Source: Epithemia pelagica
Lineage: Eukaryota; Protista; Bacillariophyta
Assembly (NCBI GenBank): GCA_946965045.2
Contig: OX337228.1
Coordinates: forward strand, 6,324,001-6,388,000
Direction of reading: 5' to 3'
DNA: 64,000 nt
Shown: one piece after another, positions 1-10,476 of the stretch
Layout of the letters: every line of letters begins with the position of its first letter
Numbering within the stretch: the stretch's first letter is position 1
Position numbers and translations under genes: made by a program
The notes under the pieces: generated by a model
The model's database searches: none
Seen by the model: the letters and a program-made list of their open reading frames with translations, nothing else
Told to the model about the DNA's origin: nothing

Positions 1-6
1 CCAGAC

Positions 7-720
7 ATGGTGCAGGATTTGGCATTCTTCATTCAACGATTGGCGTTGCCACATTTTCATTTACTGGGTCATTCGTTTGGAGGCATTATAGCCTATGAGT
101 ACTTGAAAACAAAAAGTCTGAGGCATATACCATCCTCGTCCCCAAAGAACGGCAAGAGCTCCTGCTTATCCTTGACCTTGGTGAGTACACCAGTTTCGAT
201 TGCTCAGGCAATCAACCATAGTCATGAGCTGCAAGATCAACTACGACAAGAGTACAAGGCAGAGGGCAAACACGATTTTGATGTGGATGGTGATGGTCCA
301 CTTTTAGCAGAGTACGCGAAACGTCATGAGTGTCGTCTCGAACCAATACCTCTACCACTCCAACAAGCTTTATTCGGTGTCTTTTCCTCGGCATCCAAAG
401 GTCTGGCGGCTGTCCAACACTACAATGCTCAGGAGTCTAGTAACAAAGAATCGTTGGACGGAAATCAACCGATTGATGGACAAGAACATGACGATACACC
501 AGATTATCTGACTCCAGATGCTCATCCGTTCCCACCATCTCTTGTTCTTCGAGGGGAGCATGATTTCGTGTCTCTCGAGTGCCAAGAGGAATGGAGGTCT
601 CTGCTGGGAAAGGATGTACAGTTTGTGGAAATTCCAGACAGCGCTCACTATACCATGCTCGAAAACGAAGATGAATTTGCAAATGCCGTACGCACTGTCC
701 TACGTGATCCACCAGCATAG
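7..720 (+). CDS. Alpha/beta-hydrolase, proline iminopeptidase-like (S33); probably the last exon of a gene starting upstream of the window
   Basis: Nucleophile motif GHSFG, RHECRL cap motif, acid in GEHD, His in SAHY. A CAG at 2-4 just before the ORF could be a splice acceptor, and the N-terminal hydrolase strands are missing. Confidence 0.75.
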   Translation: MVQDLAFFIQRLALPHFHLLGHSFGGIIAYEYLKTKSLRHIPSSSPKNGKSSCLSLTLVSTPVSIAQAINHSHELQDQLRQEYKAEGKHDFDVDGDGPLLAEYAKRHECRLEPIPLPLQQALFGVFSSASKGLAAVQHYNAQESSNKESLDGNQPIDGQEHDDTPDYLTPDAHPFPPSLVLRGEHDFVSLECQEEWRSLLGKDVQFVEIPDSAHYTMLENEDEFANAVRTVLRDPPA

Positions 721-1133
721 TTCATTACACTTCCCAATGGCGTCCGAGTGCGTCGATAACATCAGTCGCACTGGGTCTTCGTACATCGAACTAATGGTGT
801 TCCTTTTCATGGATCATCGAGCATCAAAATTTAGCGTTCACACGCCTATGACATGCCGCAAAACCATTATGACCTCTTCAGTAGCCCTCCAACTAAACTT
901 TAACATTAGAAGTATTCCTACAGGTATATTCCACATATGCTTAAGGAGAGACTCAGATCTGAACGGACGTGCAGCTGTGGGTCAATTGTTTTTTTTGCCT
1001 GCTTGTTGCATGTCTATGAAAAAGTTTATGTGGGTTGTTTTTCCGGTCCAGCCTCTCATGATTTGTTCGACCACTAAATTGCCAACTTCAGATCATGGTT
1101 AGCATGATCTCAATAGATGAGTCGCTACGTCAG

Positions 1134-3605
1134 TCAGACATGAGTTTCGAGATGGGAGAGAGCAAAGAATGCTGCCATCAATGACCAAATAAAGCCGACT
1201 CCAAGAATGACTTTAAAAAGGGCCTTCGTTGACCTTGACCTCATACGGACCGAGTACACAGCCAACACACCCCAAACAACTATTGTCGTTCCGTAGAGAA
1301 GAATCCAATACAGAATACCGTATTGGTTTGGAAGTCCCAAGCGCTTCAAAATCAGCTGACGGGGCAATTTTAGAAAGGGCGGGACGGCATCCAATGCATC
1401 TCGTACGAGACCATAAAAGGTTTTGCATCGCTCCTCTGCATCTGCCGAAGACATCTGCTCAAAGAGTTCTTGACAAAAAGCAGCTTGTGAGGGGATCCGA
1501 AACGACGCTTGACAGTAAGCTGTACGATCGACCGACATGCTGGCCTTAGCAAAGAACGAAAGTGATTGACAAAGCAATGACGGCGACATCCGAACGCCTC
1601 TTGCACACAAGAATTTAACGGCCCTGTCACAGCCTTTGGCCATGATGTAGCGAATGTAGTCATGAGGTTTGGGTCCATGGTAATGAATAACATAAGAACG
1701 TCGAAACACCCGGTCCTTGACTTCCCAGTAGGGTTTGAAATTGAAATACTGAGAAAGAAATTTCACGCTGTCATTGTAAAACACCAAATAGGCTCCTTGA
1801 TCACTGGGAGATGGGTGATCGAACCTACCCTTGGGAACATGTCTCATTATGAAAGCCATGAATTCAGTATGAGTGTGTCGAAGATGAGGAATATTCATGA
1901 GTGTGACACCAGCATTCGAGGGCTTGGTGTCTTCAAAGTTGATCTCTGAGCTCATGGCAATGCCATATGTCAGATTCAGACCAAAGTCGGCTAATGTAAA
2001 GGGCTTTCGGATAATGGTATCGGAATCAAGCAGAAGAACATACTCCGTTTCCAAGAACATGGGGATGTCAATTCGTTGCCAAGTACCAAAGTAATTCCCT
2101 GAATGCAAAAACAAATGCGATGTATTGGAGTCACCATTCAATCTCATCTCTTCAATCTTATCTCGCCAAACAGGATTATGATCATGAATGATAACATCAC
2201 GGCTCTTGAGCCATTTCTTGAATTTCGTATCGTTTTGACCATGGTAGAGAATATGAACTTTGTTTTCCGGCATGTATGAACGGACCGATTCAATGGACGT
2301 TTGAAGGAGATGTTTCCCCGTCGTTGCGGATAGTTCCGTATAGGTATAAACGATGGGGACCTGAAACACCGGCCACATTTCTTGGAGAGGTACGGATTGT
2401 GAATTGTACCAGTACGCGGCATGTCCATTACGAAGGGCAATTTGAATGGCGGAGAAGGTCGAGACGGAGTTTCCGACAAAGTAGGGCAAGGATCGACAAA
2501 CATAGAAATCAATGAGAGCCCAGAAATCGCGAGCACTCGTGCGTTCCAATGCAAGACCATAGTCATGCGACAAAACTTTTTGTTGCTGTAGCAAGGTATC
2601 TCGAATAACATGATCATCATCAAAGAAATCCATTATATGCTGTCGCGATGTCACAGCGAACAATTTAGTATCGAGTTCAGCAGGAATTTCATGGTCCCCG
2701 CAGTAGTATCCCCATCTCCCTGGCTGGAGGCCGCGAGATTGGACGGATTCGAGCAAGGTTTGTCCAGGAACCGTGAGACAGTTGCCTCGATAAATGCCAT
2801 CGGGGATGGAGGACCATCTCTTGCAGTGATCATGCCAATCTTTTCCATCTCTATGATGAAGACAAACACCACCACTTCGATTCCCCACGGAATCCAGCTT
2901 TGTCAATATTGCGTCAATCAGGGGTTGCATATTCTCCTTGGAGGGTCGAAAGAAATCAATAATGATTCTCATGGTATCGGCATTTGCCGAGCGCAAGGTC
3001 GCCATTCCTTTGCATTTGGGTATGGGGTTGAGTTTTGGAGCCGACAAAAATCGAACAAACCGGCCTTGAATGCCGAATTTCTGTTCAATCGACGTTAAAA
3101 AGTAGTCTGCATCAAATACATAACCAAAAGGTATCGAATTGGTTTCGCTGGGCAAGACATTGGCATCCGATACTTGGACACCCTGCAAAATGAAGTAATC
3201 TGGTATTTCGACTTGTGCATAGTTTTCACCAATGGCTTGTGAGATGGAGGCCGCATGGTACAAGAGTTGATTGGACAATCCATTGCAAATATTGTATCGG
3301 AAGATGCCTCGACGACCAACTTCCGTTTGTGCCACTTTCGGCAAGACGAGCGCATCGGCCGACAATGGATTGGCTGCCTCGACCGTAGTCGCTGTGAAAC
3401 ACGAAAAGACAACAAATGCTAACCACACCAACGAGCAAAAGGGTGGTCTGTCGAGGCAGGAGCATCGTATTCTCCGGTTGACGGACGACGTAGCCTCGTA
3501 AGTTGTTCTGGTTCTTGTGGTTCTTGGTTTGTCATGTTTTTGTGTGTTGAATGCGAATTTTGGTTCGATAGGAGACAAACTCCTCGTATATGGCGTCGTC
3601 ACCAT
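1134..3605 (-). CDS. Two-domain glycosyltransferase: O-fucosyltransferase-like domain followed by a GT8-like domain; N-terminal signal anchor and two C-terminal hydrophobic helices
   Basis: 823-aa ORF. O-FucT-type motifs GLSNQ, CLHHRDGKDW and ALIDFYVC...FVGNSVSTFS. GT8-type motifs LLDSD (DxD), NAGVTLMN, SDQG and HYHGPKP. Confidence 0.75.
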   Translation of the reverse strand: MVTTPYTRSLSPIEPKFAFNTQKHDKPRTTRTRTTYEATSSVNRRIRCSCLDRPPFCSLVWLAFVVFSCFTATTVEAANPLSADALVLPKVAQTEVGRRGIFRYNICNGLSNQLLYHAASISQAIGENYAQVEIPDYFILQGVQVSDANVLPSETNSIPFGYVFDADYFLTSIEQKFGIQGRFVRFLSAPKLNPIPKCKGMATLRSANADTMRIIIDFFRPSKENMQPLIDAILTKLDSVGNRSGGVCLHHRDGKDWHDHCKRWSSIPDGIYRGNCLTVPGQTLLESVQSRGLQPGRWGYYCGDHEIPAELDTKLFAVTSRQHIMDFFDDDHVIRDTLLQQQKVLSHDYGLALERTSARDFWALIDFYVCRSLPYFVGNSVSTFSAIQIALRNGHAAYWYNSQSVPLQEMWPVFQVPIVYTYTELSATTGKHLLQTSIESVRSYMPENKVHILYHGQNDTKFKKWLKSRDVIIHDHNPVWRDKIEEMRLNGDSNTSHLFLHSGNYFGTWQRIDIPMFLETEYVLLLDSDTIIRKPFTLADFGLNLTYGIAMSSEINFEDTKPSNAGVTLMNIPHLRHTHTEFMAFIMRHVPKGRFDHPSPSDQGAYLVFYNDSVKFLSQYFNFKPYWEVKDRVFRRSYVIHYHGPKPHDYIRYIMAKGCDRAVKFLCARGVRMSPSLLCQSLSFFAKASMSVDRTAYCQASFRIPSQAAFCQELFEQMSSADAEERCKTFYGLVRDALDAVPPFLKLPRQLILKRLGLPNQYGILYWILLYGTTIVVWGVLAVYSVRMRSRSTKALFKVILGVGFIWSLMAAFFALSHLETHV

Positions 3606-5321
3606 CTAATCGATTCATGCACTGCTTTCGACAAGATGGTTTGTTTGTATTGTGTTCTTGTCCTCCTTTCGATCGGTGCTGTCGAAGCTCTTGGTCCGAC
3701 TCCCAGTCAAACGCAGCAAAACCAAAATGGTTCAACTCCCGGATGCTTCCAATGATAACACGACCGTATATCTCTACCGCCACAAGGAGAGGAAAATATG
3801 AGATGCGGAACAAACGACAGGAATGGCCTTATACCGATTGTAGCCCATGTTACCGCGCGCATTGGACCAAACGAAAAAAACAGCAATCTCTCTGCGTGTT
3901 GCGTGTTGCGTATGACGGGACGGCCCGCGACTGCGGCGATAACACGCGGCGACCACGTGTCTCCGTCTGTCCGCTGAGCGCCGGAGCGCTGATCCCTGGA
4001 TCCCGTCGCTAATAGGTCGCTCATTTCACGGTCCTTGAAATCCATCCAATAGTTGTTCCATTTCCCACCATGACCATTATCCATCGACAGATGGTCATGT
4101 TACTGTATCACGAAAGCAAGAGGAATACCACAGCCATACCATGAGAAAGACTGAAAGGTACGGCACTAAAATCTGGCAGGCCAAGTTGAGAGGTATTCAG
4201 AAAGAGATCGCAGCAGAGAAAGTGAAGAACATACAACTCGTAACGTGATCCAATCGGCTGAGCGTACAATCTATCAAATAAACTTCTGATTCTGGGTTGG
4301 CCACACTATACGACCCCCATTAACCGCACATGCAAGTGCGGATGGTTTTGTTGGTATCAAAATTGCTCACCAATATTATCTTTTGTCGCTTTCGATAGGT
4401 ACGAGTCCATGCTGTCGATCCATACACACAATTTGGGTTTTCTGTGGTGTGCGCGAAAGGACGAGATTCAAAGATGTATCGGATTCCCCTTCTTGAGCCT
4501 TTCGGCGTTGACGAATCCATCTTTTGTTTGTTTATCGGATCGCTACAAAGAAAACTTGCCCAGAAAGATAGACACAAGAATATAAGAGAGAATGACGATT
4601 GGCTCGTTCGAGCCTCAAATCCAGGAGCAGTTTTCGCTGTGATTGCTGTAATGTCATAGTTACGCCGACTCTCTCCATCTTGGTCACTGTGTGGGCCTTT
4701 TTGTCATTGTCGTCGGTGATGACAATCATTGTTCTCATGCTCTCATACTTCAGGAAGGACACTGTACTAACCGAGCACTTTTTGCTGCCACGTTCTAATG
4801 ACAGATGAACGTGTTCAACAAGTGTAAGTGCCATTGTCAGGAGTGTTCATTGTATGTGAAGAATCGAGAGGAGGACGATCCTTGAGTGGAGTGCCGCCCC
4901 AGGCGGATGACTTTTCAGTCTCTGACGAGAAACATTCAAGTAAATTATTCAACCTGATCGATTGCGTCGAACATTGCGAACTTATCATCTATGCTACCTT
5001 GTACATAGTACTCGATCCTGACACAGTTTGCTTTCTGTGACACTCAAAACACAGTATGGAAAACATAAAGGTACGCAGCGAGCAGATATAAGGGGTCGAT
5101 CCCCGTCACACACACTTCACCACATGTTTCATGATGACACACATACCCAGCTCGCTACGAGAACAGGGTATGCCCAAAATCGGGAACCCGTCAATGTTCG
5201 ATGTAGAAAGCTTTGATTCCTGTTAGAAAACCTGACAAAAACATGTGTGCGCCAATGAAAAAGTCATGGAGCAATTTGTGGAACATGACTCAACAATGCT
5301 TTATTGTTTCTACAGGAGTAT

Positions 5322-7313
5322 TTATTTGCGTCCACCTCTTGTTTTCTTTAGAAGCTCGAGGGTTGCGGTTGGCCCAATGTTGAGAGCTGCCAAGGACAGG
5401 CTATCCTTGAGAAAGACTCCCTTCTCGGTCGACTTGAGCTGAATCTTGTTGGTAGGCATGTTGTTGAGATGAAGCCTTGATAACTCTTGTTTGACGACCT
5501 TTACCTTAGTCATGACGTCGACAGAGAGAGATACAATTTGACCATAGAAATTCCACGCCATTTCGGAGGGTTCATTGGGTACTCGGACCTGCAATGTCAC
5601 GTTCGGGCGAGGTAAACTTTGAGCAAAGACAGCCTCAGGCAAAAGTTCTGATGCAGAGGGGGCTGAACCTTCCGTTTCGGCGAAATTGTCTGTATTCACT
5701 TCTGTGGAGGGTTCCGTAGGCGCTTGTGCATATGTCGTTGGAATGGCAGACGAAGGTGGTGGTGGTGGTGGTGGGGGAGGAGGAACTTCCACTCGTGGCT
5801 TTTTGGCATCTGGAGGAGCCATAGAACCATCGAGAGAAGGAGGAGGGTGAGTTGGCTTGACCTCTTGACCTGGTGGAGGTGCAGCAGCCGGTGGACCTGC
5901 TCCTGGAAGCATTGGGCCTACTTGTGTGCTGGCATGCAAGGATTGCTCTCGCAATACGCGGTTTGCCTCCTTGAGTCGAGATGCTGCATCATCGGTATCC
6001 AAGCCTCGCCCTCGTGCCTGTGCGAACTGAGCTAGATTGGTGGCAACCACGTCACCCTCAACTAAATTACTTTCCTTTTGCTTTTCTTGAAATTTCTTTC
6101 TTTCTTCGGCCCACTTAGGATCGAGAAGTTGGATACGCATGTGTTCAGGCATATCTTTCACTGGGACACTCTTACCAGTTATAGGATCAATCACCATATC
6201 GGTGACCGGCTGCGACGACACAACTTTAGGAGTATACGAGGGGACCACACGGATCTGTTCGTCATCGTCCGAGTCGTCCATATCGTCTGCTTTTTGCCTA
6301 TCCGACAAATTGCTTGATTTACCGAGTCCTGTGGAAGGTGGAGGCGGTGGGAGAGTTAATACTTTTTCATCGACAGGGAAATCGATTGTTTCCACAACGA
6401 CAAAGTCCGTCCAGTCAACTTGTGCCGTGGCCACAACTCCATTCCCTTCTTTCCGCCGTTGTAGTGCTTGATCTCGTTCATACTCTGCTCTATACGCCGC
6501 CACCTCCAAACATTTCTTGACATTCCTTGCAAGTTGTGATGTTGAACCATCCTTCAGTATGGACTTCCTTTCGGATGCGGATCCGGTTTGAAGATTCAAA
6601 ACTAGGGTATAGGCATCCACAAGCGCCGTAAAATATGGAAAGAGTCCGTTTCTAGGCTGACAGAAAGCAAATTCTGGATTTTTCCATTCTCGCAGCGTCA
6701 AACTAGGCAAGAATCCACCCCCTTTTCCGTCTAAGGCCGTCAATTGCGCTACGAGTTGTATTGTCTCAATTTGTGCAACTGTCAAAGATGAAGGTGCCAC
6801 GATGCTGATGAAATGAAGTGGTGGCGGAGGGGGGATCGTTGTAACACCTGGTGCGTTGGACTCTTCATTGGGTTCCTCCGATTTGTTTTCCTTGTCATCT
6901 TTTTCAAGGGACTGTCGAATCTCGGCAATCCTTTGTCGTTGACCAAGAATTGCCTTTGACACAGGATCCCCGACACTGGCAATTAGTTTGCCTTTCTTCT
7001 CTGCAAGATCAGTTTTGGCCTTAGCCTTCTTTTCAGATAGCTCCGAATTACTGGTTCTCTGCTTGTCAGACTGGGATTCTTCCTTTTGTGGCTCGTTGTC
7101 GTTGCCTCCATTCTCATAGAAGCTAATTCGTTCTTCGTAGTACGCATGGAACGGGTTGTTTTGTTGTAGGAACGCAAACTTTGGAGCTTTCCCCTTGTCA
7201 CTGTTCAGAATTCGCGCTTCAAAGCCTCGTCCATTTTTAGCAACGTACAAAGCTGTTCGATCTGCCACTGCTCGTATTTCTGGAGGCGGTTTGATGACGC
7301 CCTGAATCACCAT
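5322..7313 (-). CDS. SF3A1: Splicing factor 3A subunit 1 (Prp21)
   Basis: Two SURP domains (IKPPPEIRAVADRTALYVAKNG; IQLVAQLTA), VDWTDFVVVETIDF, PITGKSVP...MPEHMRIQLLDPKWAEE, C-terminal ubiquitin-like domain ending RGGRK. Confidence 0.97.
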   Translation of the reverse strand: MVIQGVIKPPPEIRAVADRTALYVAKNGRGFEARILNSDKGKAPKFAFLQQNNPFHAYYEERISFYENGGNDNEPQKEESQSDKQRTSNSELSEKKAKAKTDLAEKKGKLIASVGDPVSKAILGQRQRIAEIRQSLEKDDKENKSEEPNEESNAPGVTTIPPPPPLHFISIVAPSSLTVAQIETIQLVAQLTALDGKGGGFLPSLTLREWKNPEFAFCQPRNGLFPYFTALVDAYTLVLNLQTGSASERKSILKDGSTSQLARNVKKCLEVAAYRAEYERDQALQRRKEGNGVVATAQVDWTDFVVVETIDFPVDEKVLTLPPPPPSTGLGKSSNLSDRQKADDMDDSDDDEQIRVVPSYTPKVVSSQPVTDMVIDPITGKSVPVKDMPEHMRIQLLDPKWAEERKKFQEKQKESNLVEGDVVATNLAQFAQARGRGLDTDDAASRLKEANRVLREQSLHASTQVGPMLPGAGPPAAAPPPGQEVKPTHPPPSLDGSMAPPDAKKPRVEVPPPPPPPPPPSSAIPTTYAQAPTEPSTEVNTDNFAETEGSAPSASELLPEAVFAQSLPRPNVTLQVRVPNEPSEMAWNFYGQIVSLSVDVMTKVKVVKQELSRLHLNNMPTNKIQLKSTEKGVFLKDSLSLAALNIGPTATLELLKKTRGGRK

Positions 7314-7403
7314 GGTGTGTTTGTTGTACTCCTATTCTGTGAGGTTCGCGGAGGCAGCAAAACCGTACTCCTAGGCAAGGTAGCTTCCAAAAACTATGTG
7401 TAT

Positions 7404-7423
7404 TAGGAGTAGGAGTAGGAGTA
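7404..7423. repeat. (TAGGAG)3 tandem hexamer, with two inverted TACTCCTA copies at 7327-7334 and 7366-7373
   Basis: Read directly: taggag taggag taggag ta. Confidence 0.9.
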
Positions 7424-7478
7424 CCTCCATAGTCTATTGAGCTGGGAGTGCGAGTATAAGAGTGCAGAGTTTCACAAG

Positions 7479-8624
7479 TTATTCTTGAGAGTCGACAATG
7501 TCTCTCTGTAATCTTTGTACCTGGCTTCTAGCAATCGCTTTTCTCTTTGCTTCTTGCTCTTCGACACGTAGTTTAAGATCATCCACATAATCAACAAAAT
7601 CCGTGGATGCCGCTTTTTGAATCGTTTCCCAAAACTCATTGAGACCATCGCCTGTCACTGCCGACACACCCACGGCATTCATAAAATTCGAATAGAATTC
7701 ATCCAAAACAAGAGACAAACTTCGTGTCAAGCTTCCATAAAACCCCGCATTGGCAGCGTGATCGTCCAACGCTTGCTGAAAGCTTTCGTAGTCGCGCATC
7801 CAATCCAAACAAAACTCATGTGACACGACATCTGTCTTATTGAAACACACAACGAGAGGCAATCGCGTTCGGAACAGCATGGAGCATGCGTAAAGCATGT
7901 TTGACATGAATGTGTTGGGGGACGAAGCACAACGAGCCGTATCCACCACGAAACAGAGAACAGTTGGAAAAGCCGACGCCAGAGCCTCGCTTATGATTTG
8001 TCCCGAAGCTGACCAAGTGAATGCTTCAATTTGTCCTGGTGTATCGACAAGAATACATTCCATTGGAGGATTATTAGATGCGTCCGTGTCGTGGCCAGGC
8101 TCGCCGTCCAAGAGTGGGCAATTCGCCCTGCGCTCCAATATTTGCATTACTTGATCAAATTTGGTTGCAAAAAGATTTAGCGAGGTCATAATCGCACCAT
8201 TAGGCCCAAGTTGATGCTGTTCCATGACTTGTTTGTAATTCACAGTATCTCGAATGTCAATCGAAACATCGTATGGCGTATCGAGCGTGGCTGGATCCAA
8301 ATTAACACAGTACGAGGGCATATATTCATCATCATCGTCGTCCTCCTCCTCCTCAGCTGTAGATTCGTTGGTCGAAGATTCTGCCTTTTGAGCGTCATTT
8401 TGTTGTTCAAACTTATCATCCAGAAATCGCTGGAAGCTAGATAACAGCGTCGTCTTTCCGCTGCCAGCCATTCCCACCACAATGACACAAACTGGCAACT
8501 TTGTGCCCTGTTCAAGATGATGAACGATTGGTGGAAGCCGCCGTTCGTCCCTCGTCTCATTAGCCAAGGAGGGAGCTCCAGGTTCGGCATCCAAATTACT
8601 TTTGGTGTTAGGTTGCTCCTTCAT
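7479..8624 (-). CDS. GPN1: GPN-loop GTPase 1 (XAB1/Npa3)
   Basis: GMAGSGKTT P-loop, VNLDPA, DIRDTVNY, LGPNGAIMTSLNLF, DTPGQIEAFTWSASG, NKTD. Confidence 0.97.
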   Translation of the reverse strand: MKEQPNTKSNLDAEPGAPSLANETRDERRLPPIVHHLEQGTKLPVCVIVVGMAGSGKTTLLSSFQRFLDDKFEQQNDAQKAESSTNESTAEEEEDDDDDEYMPSYCVNLDPATLDTPYDVSIDIRDTVNYKQVMEQHQLGPNGAIMTSLNLFATKFDQVMQILERRANCPLLDGEPGHDTDASNNPPMECILVDTPGQIEAFTWSASGQIISEALASAFPTVLCFVVDTARCASSPNTFMSNMLYACSMLFRTRLPLVVCFNKTDVVSHEFCLDWMRDYESFQQALDDHAANAGFYGSLTRSLSLVLDEFYSNFMNAVGVSAVTGDGLNEFWETIQKAASTDFVDYVDDLKLRVEEQEAKRKAIARSQVQRLQRDIVDSQE

Positions 8625-8787
8625 CTCTCTTTAGAATGCTTCTTCGTCCTGCTTCTTTGGTGGAAATGGGGAAATGGGAGATCAAGATCATGGGTCGCGC
8701 GCGTTTCGGTCGCTGCGCGACTGGACTACATCACGGATCACGGATAGAGAAGAAATAAAAAACATAGCATTTATCATACATCTTAGC

Positions 8788-10476
8788 TCACAATAAAACG
8801 AAATCTTCGTCGTCTTCTTCCTCGTCAGGAACCGCTTTGTTATCATCCTTGTCACTGTCATCATCCAACATGGAAGAATCTAGCATCGAATCTCCAAGTC
8901 CTCCAGAAGAAAAATAATTGGGGGATGAATCCGCAACAGAAAACAACTCTGGGTGCCCTGGATTCTCCGTCTTCCAGGTTTGAATGGAGCTTAGTAGGTT
9001 TTCGAAATCTGTTTGATCACGGCAATAAAATCCAAAGGCAATGGATGGATCCATCTTTTCCAAAGAAAGAACTTCCGAGTACTTTGTGTGACAAGAAATG
9101 ATGTAATCATCACGCAAATCTACCGTGCTGGTAACTTTGCCATTGATTCGAGCCGACCGACTACGAGGAGCACTTTGCACCGTGTGAGGATCTAAACCAA
9201 ATACCTTTGGCTTGGAGCCATCGGATACGGCTCCGAAAAACCACCGAGCACCGCGAACCCGTCCGCCCAATACACCCACCGATTGTGAAAAGGAGAATGT
9301 ATGAGCCACGGCACGAACGTAATCTCCATTGAATCTATCCAATCCCAGTCGAACGGGGATCAGAAGTAACAATCCAGTATCCCACTCCACTTTTCCAACC
9401 TCCTCGACCAGCTCATCTTCCCACTCCATGTCAAGGGGATGAGCTTGGGGCGTGACCTTGTGCTTCTTTTCGCTCTCTCGTACAAATTTCGCTTTGGATT
9501 CTCGGGTCATGAGATCGTATACTGCGTCTCGGTAAACTGTCCCATGAGATGCTACGTGAACACGAAAAATACGCTTCGGTTTTGCCACCTGCTGAGCCTC
9601 TTTGCTTGTTTGGATACTTTGTTGTTGTCGTCGTTCATGCATTTCGACTAAATCTCTCAAAACATGACACGCCGTTCCTGGGCCGTACCATTCTCCTGGT
9701 AGTTTGTCGTATCGAAGCCCCGTTGCCACCATATTGTGCAGACTGTAGTAGCATTGATCCGTCGAAGGAAAATCGGCAAACCATGTCAAAATACTGCGTG
9801 TAAAGGGATCCGTTCGTCGAGCCGAACAATGTTGCGGTGGTCTCCAATCTCTTGATTTGAAGTGCATACGCAGGGCTTGTCCTAACAACATTTGGGCGGA
9901 ACGCAACATACATCCCCATCCTGCATCACTCCGTATATTGTAAGGAACAATTTCTGGAAAATCGCAGCGATAGGTAAACCAAAACAAGGAGGATTCATCG
10001 TCTCGTCGAAGATTGAAATCCGCTGCCATGCGATAGGACTTTCCCAGAACAAATGCAGAGAGGGGAGGTCTCGAAGAATTTTGGCTGGATGGGTCCGAAA
10101 TGAGGGAGCCTTCAAAATCGGCATCGTCGTCGTCATCATCGGCCGTGTAACTGTATTCACGGCAAACATCAAATCCCCCCACTGCTCCGAGACTGCGATC
10201 CGGAGAGTGGACAATTTTGACTTCATCCACATTCTTTCGACTGCTCATATCATCCAGTTCTACCGGACCCCTGGCCTTTGAGCCATTGCCCGCGACAAAG
10301 CTGGTCAAAAATCCCACCAGCCGGTTTCCCCCGTCTTTACCGTTGGCGGCAAACTCCGAGGTTTCGTAGTCCACAACGACGCCCGCATCCTCTGTTTGAA
10401 ACGATGGTGTTTCTACCATGACTGCCGCGTCCAAACGCCCTTTGTGCTCACTTTCTCGAGTGCTATCAAAGACCAT
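8788..10476 (-). CDS. ATG4: Autophagy cysteine protease ATG4 (peptidase C54); start uncertain, and the frame is open further upstream (GTG at 10563)
   Basis: WFTYR, SDAGWGCMLRSAQMLL (catalytic Cys), PGEWYGP, LLLIPVRLG, GLDPH (Asp/His), MDPSIAFGFYC. Confidence 0.93.
   Translation of the reverse strand: MVFDSTRESEHKGRLDAAVMVETPSFQTEDAGVVVDYETSEFAANGKDGGNRLVGFLTSFVAGNGSKARGPVELDDMSSRKNVDEVKIVHSPDRSLGAVGGFDVCREYSYTADDDDDDADFEGSLISDPSSQNSSRPPLSAFVLGKSYRMAADFNLRRDDESSLFWFTYRCDFPEIVPYNIRSDAGWGCMLRSAQMLLGQALRMHFKSRDWRPPQHCSARRTDPFTRSILTWFADFPSTDQCYYSLHNMVATGLRYDKLPGEWYGPGTACHVLRDLVEMHERRQQQSIQTSKEAQQVAKPKRIFRVHVASHGTVYRDAVYDLMTRESKAKFVRESEKKHKVTPQAHPLDMEWEDELVEEVGKVEWDTGLLLLIPVRLGLDRFNGDYVRAVAHTFSFSQSVGVLGGRVRGARWFFGAVSDGSKPKVFGLDPHTVQSAPRSRSARINGKVTSTVDLRDDYIISCHTKYSEVLSLEKMDPSIAFGFYCRDQTDFENLLSSIQTWKTENPGHPELFSVADSSPNYFSSGGLGDSMLDSSMLDDDSDKDDNKAVPDEEEDDEDFVLL

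Noticed and set aside
4020-4834. Possible decayed gene on the minus strand between the glycosyltransferase and SF3A1
   Set aside because: Several short frames look vaguely protein-like, but they are broken by many stops and show no recognisable motif, so a pseudogene call is unsupported.
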